A stretch of 64,000 nt of DNA from Lama glama (taxonomy: Eukaryota). The DNA is taken from positions 57,104,001-57,168,000 of the forward strand of contig CM052816.1 of NCBI GenBank assembly GCA_028534125.1, given 5' to 3'. The translations under genes and the position numbers were made by a program. Position 1 is the stretch's first letter; the number at the start of each line of letters is the position of its first letter. Below are positions 38,892 through 52,539 of the stretch, piece after piece. The notes under the pieces were generated by a model that had not been told where the DNA came from, did no database searches, and saw nothing but the letters and a program-made list of their open reading frames with translations.

Positions 38892-40119
38892 AGTGCTTCA
38901 AGTTTAATTTGGGACTTTAGGGAGATGGAGTCAAATTTATGATATAGATAACCATGAAATATGTAGGTATAAATGTTACAAAATATGTTACAATCTCTAA
39001 TCCTTTGGCTAAGCCAATTTCTGATGTTTACATATTAAAGAGCTGTGGATTGAGAGTTGAGTTACTCTCTTCCCATTTTAGCCCCCAGTTAGTCCGAAAC
39101 TGTTCCCAGAGAGATCACTTTAATGTTCCGTCCAGCTCTAACATTTTGTGATTCAACAACTGCTCATTTCAGCATTTTTTTACTACCAAAGAATAACAGC
39201 AGCATTGGTGATCACTAGGTCAGCGGTTCATGTGATAATGAACCAGCATTAGCAGCTCCACTTGTCCCAAATGGTCTCTTAGCAGAGAGTGGTGAGAGGG
39301 TCAGGATAGGGTGTGGACAAGCTTAGACAATGGGACACTCTCCAGCACACCCCTAATTGCCTCTGCTGTCCTCTGTCACCCTCCGCAGTCTTTCCTGGAA
39401 TCTTTGCATCTCTGTTCTTCACCAGTCCTGACATCAAGAACACCAGAAAACTGTGTTTTCATTTAGGAGTATTGTAGCTAAGCTTGAAATTGGGAAGAAA
39501 TAAAGGACTTAGCTTTCTATTTATTTGTATTTGCAGAACCACAGAGAGCCAAAGTGCGAATTAGGAAACTATTTTAGAAAACTGTATTTTGACTGGATTT
39601 TATTTTCCTAGTACAGTGACAAGTTCTCACAAGTTTTCAATGATTTTTCCTTCTTTTGACCTCTACTCTATTTACAGATAATCATAAAATAGGACCATGT
39701 TACAAGAATAAACATAGTGTTCTGTGCTTTTCTTCTACACTTAGTTAAGAAATTCTTTTCCTTATGTCTTAAATACATTTTATTTTGAGAGCATAGTTGC
39801 AGATGTAATACACTGTACTTCAAAAGGGATGACTTCTATAGCAATAGTTTGACCGAAAGCAGATAGTCTACTAAAAGGCTATCATCGATAGTTTTAGTCA
39901 CTTAAAAGTGACCCTTGATAAATGTTGCTGAAAATATTCCAGCTTTGGACTTATTGGGTGATGAAATGAAGGGCAAGGACTGTTACACAAGCCATTATTT
40001 CATAAATGATAGTGGATAGTGGCCACTCTGAAATTTTGTATTAAAAAACTAAGCAGGTTACTAATATAAATTAGCATTACTTTGGCAGATGGCACTTACT
40101 GTTTTGTTGCATTTGATTC

Positions 40120-40257
40120 TTCTTTATTTTTTAACTTCATTTATTTTTTGGAGGGTAATTAAGCTTATTTATTTATTTTTATTGGAGGTCCTGGGGATTG
40201 AACCCAGGACCCTATGCATGTAAGTCACGCACCCTGCCACTGAGCTATACCCTCCCC
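40120..40257 (-). mobile_element. tRNA-Ala-derived camelid SINE (Vic-1 type), more diverged copy
   Basis: ggaggtcctggggattgaacccaggacc...ccactgagctataccctcccc with a (ttta)n tail; homologous to 14760-14889. Confidence 0.9.
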
Positions 40258-43200
40258 ACTTGTTACATTATATTTATTTCTATTAGTTCTTTTATTTTCA
40301 AATTTTTATAAAAATATTTTAGTAGATTTTAGACTTTCTTTTAGAGATGAGTTTTAGAAAGCTCTTGCTAAACTGTAGAGGTAGTCCTATAAGGGAATGG
40401 TAAAGTGATGTCACTAGTACGGAGACAATTACAACTCAGAGCTTTGTATTATGGTGACAATTTTAATTCTAGATTTTGATTTTCAGTTTTCTAAATGTAC
40501 ATGATATTTTTCCTAAATAAAATCATTAGTGTTTGTCTAAGTACACGAAATAAGTAAATCAACCATTTCAGATGATCCCAAAAGCTTTCCCAAGTTTCCA
40601 AAATAATAGGATTAAAGTCATGTGTGTGCTATTCTGTTTTCCATAGGCACTAACTCCAGACATTGCTTCACAGAACTAAGCAAGTCGGCTTTCAAAACAT
40701 ACTCAACATATGCTTCTGATAACTTTCTAAAACAAGTAATGAACAGCACAGTATGTTGGAGTAGGCTTATGTAAATTAATGTCCAAGAAGTGATAGTTCT
40801 TAGTCTCTCATTTTTATTCTAATTTTAAAACCAATTTTCTTTGCTTTAGCATTGAATATTAAGCAATATTCACCCAAACCTTGGAGAGGTTTTTTTTGTT
40901 TGTTTGTTTTGTTTGTTTGTTTTTTCACATTTGCAGGCACAACATACTTCTTTTTTAAGTAAAGAAAGCCATTGTTTTACCAATGAAATTCTATTACTGC
41001 CTTCAGGGAATGATGATTTATATTATAAAGGTTTAGAATGTGGAAATTTATATCTTCAGTTCTTGGAATCCAATCAAACCATTTTGTTGCCTTTGCCTCC
41101 TCTTTAATCCTCCTCCTCCTTCCTCCTCCTCATTCACCTCCTTGACCATTTCACATCCTCCCCCAGCCACACACAATCTCATTCTTCATTGTCTATTGGT
41201 CTCTCTCCAAGGTGGACCTTGGTGATCCTATCACATCAGCTGACTGCTTTTGGTTCCTGAGCCTCAGACTAATCCAGCCACTGGTGAAGAATTCTGTTCC
41301 TTCCTCCCCTCGCTCCCTCCACCTCCCCCACCCACACCACACTCCACAGCACGTAGGATGCTCTCCCTTCCTGTCTCCCCACGGGGCTTGCCACACAGAC
41401 CCAGCTTCAGCAAACTAAAGTGCTCACGGGGTGAGGAGAGGAAGAGGGAGAACTGAGGAGGACTTACATTAACATTCAAAACAAGGAAAAGGGTTGACAT
41501 GCAGCTTTAAGTGTGTGCAGGATGCCTGCAGCTGTCTTTCTCCCCAGGGGCCCCCAGGGCACTCCCACATAATTTGCTGTTACCAGCCATGCAAATATTT
41601 TTCCAATTCCCAATTCTAATCCCCCATCACAAACAGGTGCCTTTTAGTGCACTCAGGATAAAATACACGTGTGGTTATTACTCTATTGCTTTGAAAAGGT
41701 GACGAAGGGCATAGGGCCTATCAGGCCAGGCCATCCCTGGGTAATTTGCCGTGAGCCTGCGTGTGGGTCCAGACCCTCCCTTTGTTTGAGATCAAGCACG
41801 TGATTCCTGCAGATGACTGACAAGGGTGGACTTGTAACAACATTATTTCAGGAGGATATTAACCAGCCACCATAAATTCCTTTTTTAATAGCTTATTGCA
41901 GGTTGTAGGCTGTTGACGATGACTTTATTTTAAACACGAAGGAAAATAGTTCCTTGTTGCTGCTAGTCCTAAAACCACTTTAAGGCTTTTTAGTACCCTC
42001 GGAGAAGACCTAGGCTTTCCACTTTCATAAATAGTTGGGGTAAGAAAACCACTATTAAATAGAAAAAGAGAAGAAGGGAAGAGTAAAAGAAATATCTGAG
42101 ATACAAAAGATACACTCTGGGAGCTGCTCCCATGTGAATGAAATGTAACCCATCTTTCATCCTTTGACGTCTTACTTTCCTGGGTGATAAGTGAGATTGA
42201 ACAACGAAATATCTAAAAGCCCTAACCATAACTATATAGAAGAATGAAAACGAGTTGGGGACTAGCTCATTCTCAGGTTAGAAAGAGGAACTCTGGGTTT
42301 CATTTCATTTCTTCTTCTGTTGGGCCCATCACGTCTTTACTAACTCTTTGCAACGAAAACGAGACATTACAATTTTCATCAAAAAATCTCATATTTTGTT
42401 AGGATTCCTACATCTTGACTTCAAGTGATGCTGCAAGAGATCTTTACCACTCTGTCAGTTCTTGTAGTTTTAGACCATATACCGGTTCCTATGCCTTAAG
42501 TGGCCATTATGAAATAGAAAATAATTTTATGGACGTTTAATTAGAAGGGAAAGTTTCTAAGAGCGTGTGCATCTATTTTTATTTTCCTTTAAAAATGTGT
42601 TGTCTTTTATTGGAAAAATGTATAAGCCCTAAAACATCATTTTAAAAAGCAACTCTTTTAAAACAGGCAGTGTTAAAACCATGCAAGTCAGGTACATATG
42701 TGACTAATCATATTTTTTGATATATCTCTCTGCCTAATCATTAACTTTAAATGCCATATAAGAATTTGTAATCCACAGTAAATTATTTCATAGAAATAAT
42801 TTAAGAGGGCTGCTGACTAATGTGAAACATTCTAGTTTCCACCAGCAGTTGGCTGCCAAACACTGTTAAAAAAAAAGAAAGAACGAAAAAAAAAGAGTTC
42901 CAGATAAAAGTAGACATAAATTATCATGAATATAAATCTCTAATGATCAAGTGGTGGTTAGAGATTATTGCGTTTAGAAGATAGGGAAAAACATTAAACA
43001 CCATGAAGTCTTTCCTGGTTCCATTTTACATATTGGGAAACTTGGATCTTTAAAAAAAAATCCCCTCAAAGCCTTTTAAGTTCTTTAATGCCCTAGACTC
43101 AATGACGTACGTTTCAAAATATATTGCAACAGTTAGACTTTATTGAGCATAGAAAATAAAGGGGAAATCATATTATAATTACCAGAAAGACTGCTTAAGC

Positions 43201-44579
43201 TCTATTTTTAAAATATAAGTTAGAAAATTTAGTCTTAAACTAACACTTTGAATCTTCTTCAGATGTTTCTCTCAGGGTATCCCTTCTGCAGCAAAAATCA
43301 GAATAGCTCAAAGTGATAATTATCCAAATCGTAGTTATGAGGGGTTTTCTCCCTTTCAAATTCTTAGGTCCTCTGCAAAGCTGGGAACATTTGAGTGGAA
43401 ATAATGTTCAGATTATAAAAAGCAGCAGCACATGAGTGAAATCAGGCAGAATTGGCCTGACAGGGGGTCAGAAACCAGAAACAGTGACATGCAGCCACTC
43501 GAATGGCAGCATTATTCAGGTAGAAATCCATAATTAGCTGAATTTTTGGAGTTTAAAGGATTACTAAAAGTGCAAGGAGGATAATAGTAAGTCTGGTTGA
43601 GAAAATTAATTCCCGTTTCAAATCTTCATCCTTTCCTTCAAGATGTGACTCCAAAGAAAGGCAATTACGTCAAAGAAGGTTAGGCGCCCAATGCTGAACA
43701 CTGCTTTTTAAGCCCATTCTAGAGGCCTATTAGACATCACGTAAACTGTAGACAGCAGCATTTCTACCACCCCAATACTGCACATCTGTGTACCAGCTTC
43801 TTGGGAGCAGAAATGGAGACATATGCATTTTAACATATTCCAAGAATACAGTCACAGGGGAAAATCTACCTTTCACCATATATGGCCATTGTGCAACTCC
43901 ATCCAAGACCTTGTGCAGATATTTATGTAATATCTCTGCTCCCTCTCCCCTCAGCTTGGCAGAAGTTTAAGGAAATACTTTGCGGAGGCCCCTGCAAAGT
44001 CAGTATTCTAAACTGTGAATGGTGCTGATGGAAAAAGCTGAAATGCCTTTTTGAACATGAATTGGACTATATGTGGGGTATGTCAGAGAAATTTTTACAA
44101 ATCATTCTAAAAAATATTGACAAAAATTTATAGTTATTATATACACTAAACATTTTATTTGTGCCAGAGATTTTTTTTTTTTTGGTAAATTGTGATCTTG
44201 ACCCATTTCTTTGAGGACTATCTCAGTATGCATTCGGACTCTAGTGGTGGAAAAAAGGATCCACGGAATAAAGTGAATACTAAATGATATTTTATAAGTG
44301 ACTTTAAATGACTTTGGGAAATTGTCCACACGGCTAGATTAACTCCTTGCTGATAAATACGGAGGAGAAATACAATTAGTGGGCAGAATTACAATAATGG
44401 TATTCCAAAAGAGATGTAGTGTTAAAAATGACACTTAAAAATTTTTATGAGTATAATTTTCATAATTAAACCAGTGTGAAATTAGCATGCTGGAGTGTAG
44501 TGGACATTTAAAGAACATACAGCAGGTGTGATAATGTAGTGGAATAAGAAACTATGATGTTTTATTACAGAACTTTAAG

Positions 44580-44815
44580 TATGTGGAGGGGAGGTGTCAG
44601 AAGGCCTGGATTCTAATTGTGCTCTGATCTTGTTTTGTTTTGCTTTTTAACTAGCTTTCTGACTATGGCTAAGTCTCCTCATCAGAAAGAAATGGAGATG
44701 GTAATATTTGTCCTTCTTGCCTCACATTTATTACAATGATAAAGTAAGAGAACACATAGAAAATTGCCTTGAAGACTGTTCAAATACTGCAGAAGCAAGA
44801 GATAGATTATCATCA
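44580..44815 (+). mobile_element. MIR SINE
   Basis: gtcagaaggcctggattctaat...actagctttctgactatggctaagtc...aaatggagatggtaata. Confidence 0.65.
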
Positions 44816-46699
44816 TATTCTCAACCATCCCTCAGTAATAGGATACCATTTTCACGTCAGTGCTAATGTAGGACTCCCACTGGGAAGAGAATTATCAAAA
44901 GAAATGCCGCTGCCTCTACTCTGAAGGGAGCCCTCTGAGCACTAAGACAGGGCCATGCGCCCTGGCTAAGCACCACCCACTGCTCCCCACGCTCACAGGG
45001 AGGGCTTCGCTCTGTGAACCACCCTCCACCTGCGTGTCTCCCACACGTTACTGATAAAAGCTCTTCTCAGACCTCCGGGATCAGCATACACCTTTGGAGA
45101 AAAGAGAAACTGCAAATCGCCAATGCTGCCTGTCCTTCCCCCTGAACGCAGCTGTACGGCACTTACTGCTTCTCTACTCAGCTCACCCTTCCTGCAAAAT
45201 ACATTATATTTAAAATGTGTTCAGTAAATTGTTACCTAGGAGAGATTTTAGCTCTGGGAGCAGGAGGGGAGACCTTAAAAATGTTAATTATCTGGAGCAT
45301 AGAGCTTAACATTCTGGACTCCAAGATGGTTTTTAAGCCTATTTAGATTTTCTCCGAATTCTTCAAGGCTAATGCAACTTCTGAATGTATCTAGTATCTA
45401 ATTATATGTGGAAGTGGGAGATGTGAGAAGACCAGATTAAATCCATAGATAATCCCAAAATCTCATTTCAGCCAACAGCTCGGCTCTTTTCCCACCAAGC
45501 CCAGCATCAGAAGGACCATTAAGAAGAGCAAGGCTGCGTGGAGTTCCAAGCTCCCTGTTCTCCCGTCTACCCTCTGCTGGGGATGTTAATGAACCAGCCG
45601 AACAGCCAGGAAAAAAGAGCCAGCAGAAAGGAAAGTGGAAAATCAGGGTCCTGGACCACTGCCAAGCCAGAAAAGCAGACACTGAGGAACTAGAAGGCAC
45701 CAGGGCCCTGCCCTAGAGGAGCAACTCACCAGCCAGCCCTGGCAGTCCTGGGCTACAGGTTCCAGGAGCAGGACCTTTCTACTTTACAGAGATGCCACAC
45801 TCAGATCATTGCCCTCTGCCCAGTTTGACCGTCTGTGTGTTCACCCAAGATGAACAAGCCAAACTGTAATCAGGCCATTCCTCTCCCAGTTCAGAGCACC
45901 AAGGGGGTAGACTGAGCCAAGTGCTCTCCTCAGCTGAACACAATTTACTCACAGGATGAGGAGAGGAAGAGGAAGAGGAAGATTTTGTTTTTAGGACTAC
46001 TTTGCAAATCCCACTGGCCTTCACCTTGGTGTTTCCCTTCTTGGTGCTTTTTATTTTTTCTAACTCGATGGTTTATTAACATCAGAGCAGTAGCGTTTCA
46101 CTTTCGAATCCAGGTCTACTTTTCATGAACGTAAAATTTTTACACATGCCTTAAGGATATTTGACATTTCAAAATAAATATCATCCGTGACACAAATCAA
46201 CGCAAGTCATTTTAGAATAAAGTTTTTAAAAAAAGAATATTTTATTAAACAATGTAGTGCCAACTCAGTACCTTCAAAGATGCCATTTGACGTTAGATGG
46301 ACTTACTGCACCCCCTCCTTCCTTTCTGGGGCCACTTCCGTTTATGTCGGAGCTCTCTGGACTAGAACTTTCGGCTAGCTTTGGCTTAACGCGTCAGGAA
46401 TAAATTTAAAAGCGGGAAGAAAAAGAAATGGGGACGATCTGATGAAGGGAACCGGGCTTACAAGAACTTCTTGGGGGAGTAATGAAAATGTGCTAAAGTT
46501 TGTACTAGGAGATAAAAGAGCTGCCGTGGAGGGGCCACGGTCGGAGAACACAGGAAAAGAAATGGTGTTCATCCAATTCGATATAAAAAGTGGGCTACTG
46601 AATTTAAACTTCGTGTACCACAGAGCTCAGGAGTAGCAGAACTGATTTATGGTCTAAATTATGTCCTTTAGGTTCACGACACCTCCAGGCCTCTGTATC

Positions 46700-47400
46700 T
46701 GCAAAACGGGGGGCAATACCGGGTCTCCAGGTGCTGGGAGGGCCAGGTGAATCGGAGGACAGAAGGCATGCGGGGAGCAGCGGGCCACCTTCCTTCCCAG
46801 GGCGGCCTCCCTCTGGAAAGCTGCGGAGATGGTGCCCAAGCTCTCGGGGCGGCGGGGCTCCTCTGCGGTCACAGCGCCCTCGATCCCGAGCGTCCAGCGC
46901 GCAGGCTCCGGCAGCGGCGGAGGGCGCGGCCACGTCCAGGGCTCCCGCCCGGAGCTTGCGCTGTGCCCCGCCAGCCCCGCGCTCCGGGCGTGCCCGGCTC
47001 TTCGGCGGGTCAGTGTCCTCGGTCCCGCTGTCCTGCCCCCCTGCGGCCATCGCAGGGAGGGCAGCGCGGCCGCTCCCCCGCCCCGGCCAGCCGGGGTCCC
47101 CGCCGCCGCCACCTTGACGGTGGGCACCTGGGTCGCTCGTGGGTGCGCTGCGCTTAGGAGGGGCGGGAAAGGCTGCGCGCCGAAGAGGACCGAGGTGATT
47201 CCCTCCGAACCGAGGCCCTCTGGGATCTTCGAGAAGGTTCAGGTTACCGTCCCCCCACGCCCCCTCGGTCCAGAACAATGAAGGCAAGCGGGGGAAACCC
47301 TTTCCCAGCGCCCAGGCTGGCCGCCTTGTTGACGATAACTTGATTATGGCGGGAGGGCGGTGGTCTGCAATGCGGAGGTCGGAGATGGGGAGAGGGGTGC
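46700..47400. promoter_or_regulatory. CpG island, promoter-like
   Basis: Very high GC and CpG, multiple GC boxes; upstream ETS-like acttccg (~46334), CCAAT (46573) and TATAAAA (46582). Confidence 0.85.
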
Positions 47401-49753
47401 AACCTGGGATTTAGGGCAACAGAAGGAACTATGACAGCCACCACCTTTGCACATCCGGGCTTAGGTGTTTATTTCATTCTAAGGCGCCCCTTTCGCTGCC
47501 TCTACTAGCCTAGAGGGAGTCACAAACGACTTCCACATCCTGGTAGTACGTGGGTGCGGGGCCTTTCCCTTAGCCAATCCAGCCAGCTAGGTTTCAGCTG
47601 CCAGAAAATGTGTTTCCCATCTAACACTTCTCTCCCAAGGACAAAATATAATGTGTCTAAAAATGGTGAACTTCCTGTCTGGGCTTCCCTCACCCACCCC
47701 GCTTCCCCACTTAGGAATAAGACTTGAGTAACAAAGATTAGTTGGAAACCTATTTTCCTTTGTACATCCCAGATCTCTGCTGGTTCAGTGTCTCTTGTCA
47801 GGTGAAATTATTCATGAGGCTCTGAACAGAGTTGATAAGTCTTACTCCTTCCCCCTAGAAATTCCAAGTGGATTTAAATCACTCCCTGGTTGCTGCAGAG
47901 GGTCTGTGTTTTATGGGGGTTCTCTAGTGGGCTTTGAAGTATTTGCTTACCAAATCTGTTTCTCAGCTTCCAGCTCCTGAATAAATTACCCGCCCCTTCT
48001 CTCTGCTGCCACTCCCCTCCCCCCCCTCAAATGTGAACAGTGGAGATGTCCTCTGGACAATAGCTTGGAATGTGAGCTCTGGGACATATCGGTCAGTTGC
48101 CAGCCCTGGGACACCCATCTGCTACACACTTGACTGAGAGATTTTGATTGTCTAATGGACTAGGCCCTTGGACCTTATTCTGTGCACAGATTTATTCCTT
48201 GCTTGCAGGATCACTTAACCAGTGTCCGCATTTACCATCTTGAGCCAGGTTGCCTTGTCAGGAAAATGGCCACGAGAATATGCATTTAGAGAGCAGATCA
48301 AAATCCTCGCGTTGAAAACATCTTGGAGCATCTTTGAGGACTGCCACTTGACAGAGGTTAGTGTTAATTGATGTCAGGCTGTTCTTTTGGGAAGACTGTA
48401 GACTTCTATTTATTTTGGTGTTTGTATAAGGGCTAGAGAGGGTAAAGGGAAAATGGGCAGCCACGGCCCTTTGGTGAGCCAGAAGGCATTTCGCATTATC
48501 AGTCAAGCTACTTTAAAAAGCATTGTCGTCCAGCCTTCCATGTGAGTGGGATGGGGCAAGACTAAGTCATCCATTTCAATGCCTGCTCTTTCTGTCCCCT
48601 TGTCCAGCATGTCACTAAAATCACCATTTCCCTCACTCACTCCACGTGTGGAAAAGGTAATTAAAGACTCCCCGAGAGATTCAAGAGCAGCCACTTCTGG
48701 GGTTGAGATTTGTCACATTTCTGCGCTTCACCTCACCAGGGGCCTCGGCTGCACCAGGATTCCTTGATTCTCCAGCGGGGCCTTTCCGGGCAAGGACAAG
48801 GACCCTGGTACTCTCTTCCTATTTAGTGTTTTACTAAAACAACATCACCATAAACAAGTAAAACAAACAGGAAATCAAAATATGCAAAAGCATAGACGTC
48901 TGGCGTGTTTACAAAGCACAGATTTCTTACCCTAAAATAATTAAAGCCCGGCAGACTTGGCCAATTCTGCCTCTGGCTGGGCTCACGCCTTCAGATTCCT
49001 TGTCGCCCACATCACTGCTGCTGCATTAGAAGAACGGGGTTCCCACCACTCTGCTCCTTGGTCCTCTTCTGTGGGGAAAGGGGGTTTCTGGCTTAGCTGG
49101 ACTTCTGGCTTTCATGCATCTCCCTACCTGAGAGCCTGAGAAAAGCATTTTCCAGTCCAGGGTCGAGGTTCCTCCCTGTGCCCCTTGGCGGTCCCAGGAT
49201 TTCCCTGAGTGCCATGCAGGGAAGTTCAGAGCCGTCACCTGTCACTGTCTACTCTCAGGCAGCCACCCCAGGCTTCAGCCCTGGGCCCCACCCTTCCAGA
49301 AGCCTTCCTACTTTGTATTCACCCGTCCTCTCCCCCCCTTCCCCCAGCCAGCCAGCACCACTGAAAACCACCTGTTTTGTGTTTTGAAAGCCTGGAAGCA
49401 CCCCTGTCCTCCACCCTCGCAGACCTCCCACTGAGTTCCAGTTTCCTATCCAAACTCCAGATTTGAGTTCTCAGCTCATTTGAAGAACATAAGAAGAGCT
49501 CACGGCACATTCAATTCAAGTCTTTCCTTCCTGGCTGGGCTTGCCAGTGGTCCCCAGTTCAGGGGAGGTGTGGTCTTGTCAAGTTCCAAGTCTGGCAGGG
49601 GCAATCCTCAGACTTGTCAGAGGTTAGAGTGCCTGCAAAGTCACAGTCATCTCTGCAGGACGCCATGTCACCGATTAGTCCCCTCAAATTCAGCAAGAAC
49701 TGACCCTGCTTTGGCATGTGCTGTACTTTGAAGTCACAACTACCATAAACAGG

Positions 49754-49755
<2 letters not shown>

Positions 49756-49793
<38 letters not shown>
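49756..49793. repeat. (CA)n microsatellite
   Basis: Direct reading, uninterrupted CA run. Confidence 0.95.
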
Positions 49794-49794
<1 letters not shown>

Positions 49795-49978
49795 GGGGAA
49801 CTAAATTGAAGTCTCTGATTGGCAGTTTCTGAATATTCTGGCCATGCTAATTTAATTTGTTCAGCAATTATTTTAGCTTTCTGCCAGCATTTGCTACCAG
49901 GTAATCAAGAGCAGTTATCAAAGGTTGGAGAAAAACCTAGAGAAGTTAAAAAATTTTAAATTGACAGAGCTCTCCCCA

Positions 49979-50450
49979 TATAGTAAGCGGAATAATAGCC
50001 TCCCCAAAATGTCCACATCCTAAGCCCCAGAACCCGTGTGACTGTTACCTTACATAGCAAACGGGACTTGTCAGATGTGATAGAGTTAAAGATCTTGCGA
50101 TGGAGACATTGTCCTGAGTTGTCTGGATGGGCCCACTGGAATCACAACGGTAATCATAAGTGAAAGAGGCAGACTAAAGAGTCAGAGTCAGAGGGAGAGC
50201 TGAAGATGCTAAAGTGCTGGCTTTGAAGATGGAGGAAGAGGCCAAGAGCCACAGAATGCCGGAAGCCTCTGGAAGATGGAAAAGACAAGGGAACAGATCC
50301 TCCACTAAAGCCTCCAGAAGGAGCAGCCCTGCCCACATCTGAATTTTAGTCCAGTGAACCCCATTTCAGACTTCTGACTTCTAGAACTGTAAGATTATAA
50401 ATCTGCATTATTTCAAGCCACTAAGTTTGTGGTAATTTGTTACAGCAGCA
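49979..50450 (+). mobile_element. MaLR solo LTR (MLT1C/D-like)
   Basis: gaataatagcctccccaaaatgtccacatcc...tgttaccttacatagcaaa...tttgaagatggaggaag...aagccactaagtttgtggtaatttgttacagcagca. Confidence 0.9.
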
Positions 50451-50659
50451 TCAGTACTCTCCATTTACTTAGTTGTGTATGTGGCTTGAGAAAAGAATAC
50501 CTTCTTTTGGATTTAACAGGAACACTCTGGTACAACATGAAGAATGAAACAGCATCCCCATTCACTTTTTTTCCTCCAGTTGTTTCCGTTTGTCATTTAT
50601 TCACTGCTGACACCAAGCCAAGGCCTGTGCTAGTCACTGATAGACCAGCAAGAACCTTT

Positions 50660-50765
50660 CGCAGTGAGTACTGTTACGCACTTACTACAGAGAAGGAAAC
50701 TGAGGCTCAGCATAGGACAGTGACTGCCCCAAGGCCGCACATCAGTGGCCGATAGGTGGAGAGCC
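50660..50765 (-). mobile_element. MIR fragment
   Basis: acagagaaggaaactgaggctcag...gtgactgccccaaggccgcaca. Confidence 0.65.
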
Positions 50766-51774
50766 TACAGGGATACACACGCTGCTTCAGCTAATTCCTT
50801 GCTATTTCCTCCAACCCATCTTTATGCCCCTTCTTGAAGCGGAGTTTACAAGCCCCTGTTTTTCAACCACATCCTGTTCCAGCTACAGGAATACTCTCAT
50901 ACAGTCAGAGAAATGCCTTCTTCTGCCATGGTGGGTGGCAGGCCACAGTCCAAACTGCTGCTTGCAAAGCAAATAAGGTTGAGGTTGAGCCTTTGGCTAG
51001 TGGGAAGTCTTAATGTGACAGTGGGTGTTAGGTTCTGTTAATGCACTCGTCTGGGTGTCAGTTTATAGGATAATGTGTGCATTTCATAGCACAGGAGTGG
51101 GCAATTCAGGGCTCCTCTATCCTGGCAGGACCTCCGCCCTGTCCCAGCTACTCATAGCCCCACACCCTTGGGAGGAGTAAGGATGGCACCTGGCTGTCGT
51201 ACCCTTTGCCCAGATTCAGTGATTCTCCATCCTGGCTGCTAGTTCAAACCACGTCAGAAACTAGAAAAACCTGTTAACATTGGGCCCCACCCCAGCCAAG
51301 TAAAAACCATGTTCAGTATGGCCAGGCCTGGGCTTCAACGTGCAGGTCAGAATCTCCCCGGTGATTCTGGTGTGCAGCCAGGGGCACTGCAGGCCCTCTA
51401 ACCGGACAGGTTATATCCTTTACCTGAGCTGTGTGGATGCCTCCTGCCGCCACGGTGAGTGCTTGTCTGGGCATGTCAGCTCTGCCAAGTCAGCAAGCAC
51501 CGGGGCTTCAGAGCACCTCTGTGCCCCTCTCAGAAGAGCAGGTGGAATCTCATTCACAGGACCCTGCATGGCTGAGAAAGCAGAAGGTGACCCTTAGGGT
51601 GACCAGCCATCCCACTTTGCCCAGGACTTAAGAGGAGAGGGGTGTTCCTGATATGTGAGATGTTAAGTGCTAAAACCAGGAAAGTCCCTGGCCTTTGAAC
51701 AGAGAACCAGGAGTCTGAAATCCACGGGAGTAAACTCTTCCTGCTTGGGTGGGAGCAGTCTGACATCAGAGGGG

Positions 51775-51972
51775 TGTGTCTGTGCTTGTGTGTGAGGGAG
51801 CGAGGGAGAGGGTATGTGTACATACGTTAAGTGTGTGCGTGCCTGCGTGTGTGTAAGAGCTTGTGAGAATGTGAGAATTGTACATTTGTGTACGGGAGTG
51901 TGTGCATCGTGTGAGGACGGGCATGAGGGCATGTGTGCATGAATGTGGGTGGGTGTGTTTGTGTGAGAGTGT
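51775..51972. repeat. Degenerate TG-rich simple repeat
   Basis: Interrupted (TG)n runs; explains the His/Thr-rich minus-strand ORFs. Confidence 0.8.
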
Positions 51973-52539
51973 AGGCTTTCTGGGGACAGCAGACCTCACC
52001 AGCCCAGAATCGCCCCACTGCAGTGGCGTCTAACATATCCGAGCTTGTGCCAACCGAGCTGGCCCTGAGTACTACCAGAGAGCAGCCCTGAGTGGTTCAG
52101 TGAGCCCAGGGGTAGACATTGTACATTTATTTCGCTCTATGACAGTATAATTAGCTTTCCCTCCTGTGAGGAATGAAGGGGCAGCATGCTTTCTGACAGC
52201 TGTGGGAGCTGCCTTCCTGCCTGGATAAATCTAGCATCCACCGATATGGTTACACCTGTTTAAACAAGGAACAAAATAGGTATTTATTTGAAGTTCAAGA
52301 GGCCATATGAGCCATGGCCTAAACATAGGCCTGGATATAATTATAAAGATACTTAATTCCTTGTTCTGAAAGAATTTTGCAGCCCGCTGTTCCCTCAGAG
52401 GCTTGGGCAGTTTCCTTAAACACGTGTACTTCCCAGAATGAGGCCAGGCAGGGGCAGGAATGCCTTGTGGAGGCTGGGGTGCAAGGCTGGGGGGCACAGA
52501 GGAGCGATGACCCCCAGACCTGGCCGATCCTTGCTCAGA

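Noticed and set aside
46604..47287. 227-aa minus-strand ORF and 150-aa plus-strand ORF (ATG at 46829 in good Kozak context; in-frame gccgccgccaccTTG at 47114)
   Set aside because: Five frames are open at once with low-complexity composition and no recognisable family; would need Ribo-seq or PhyloCSF support
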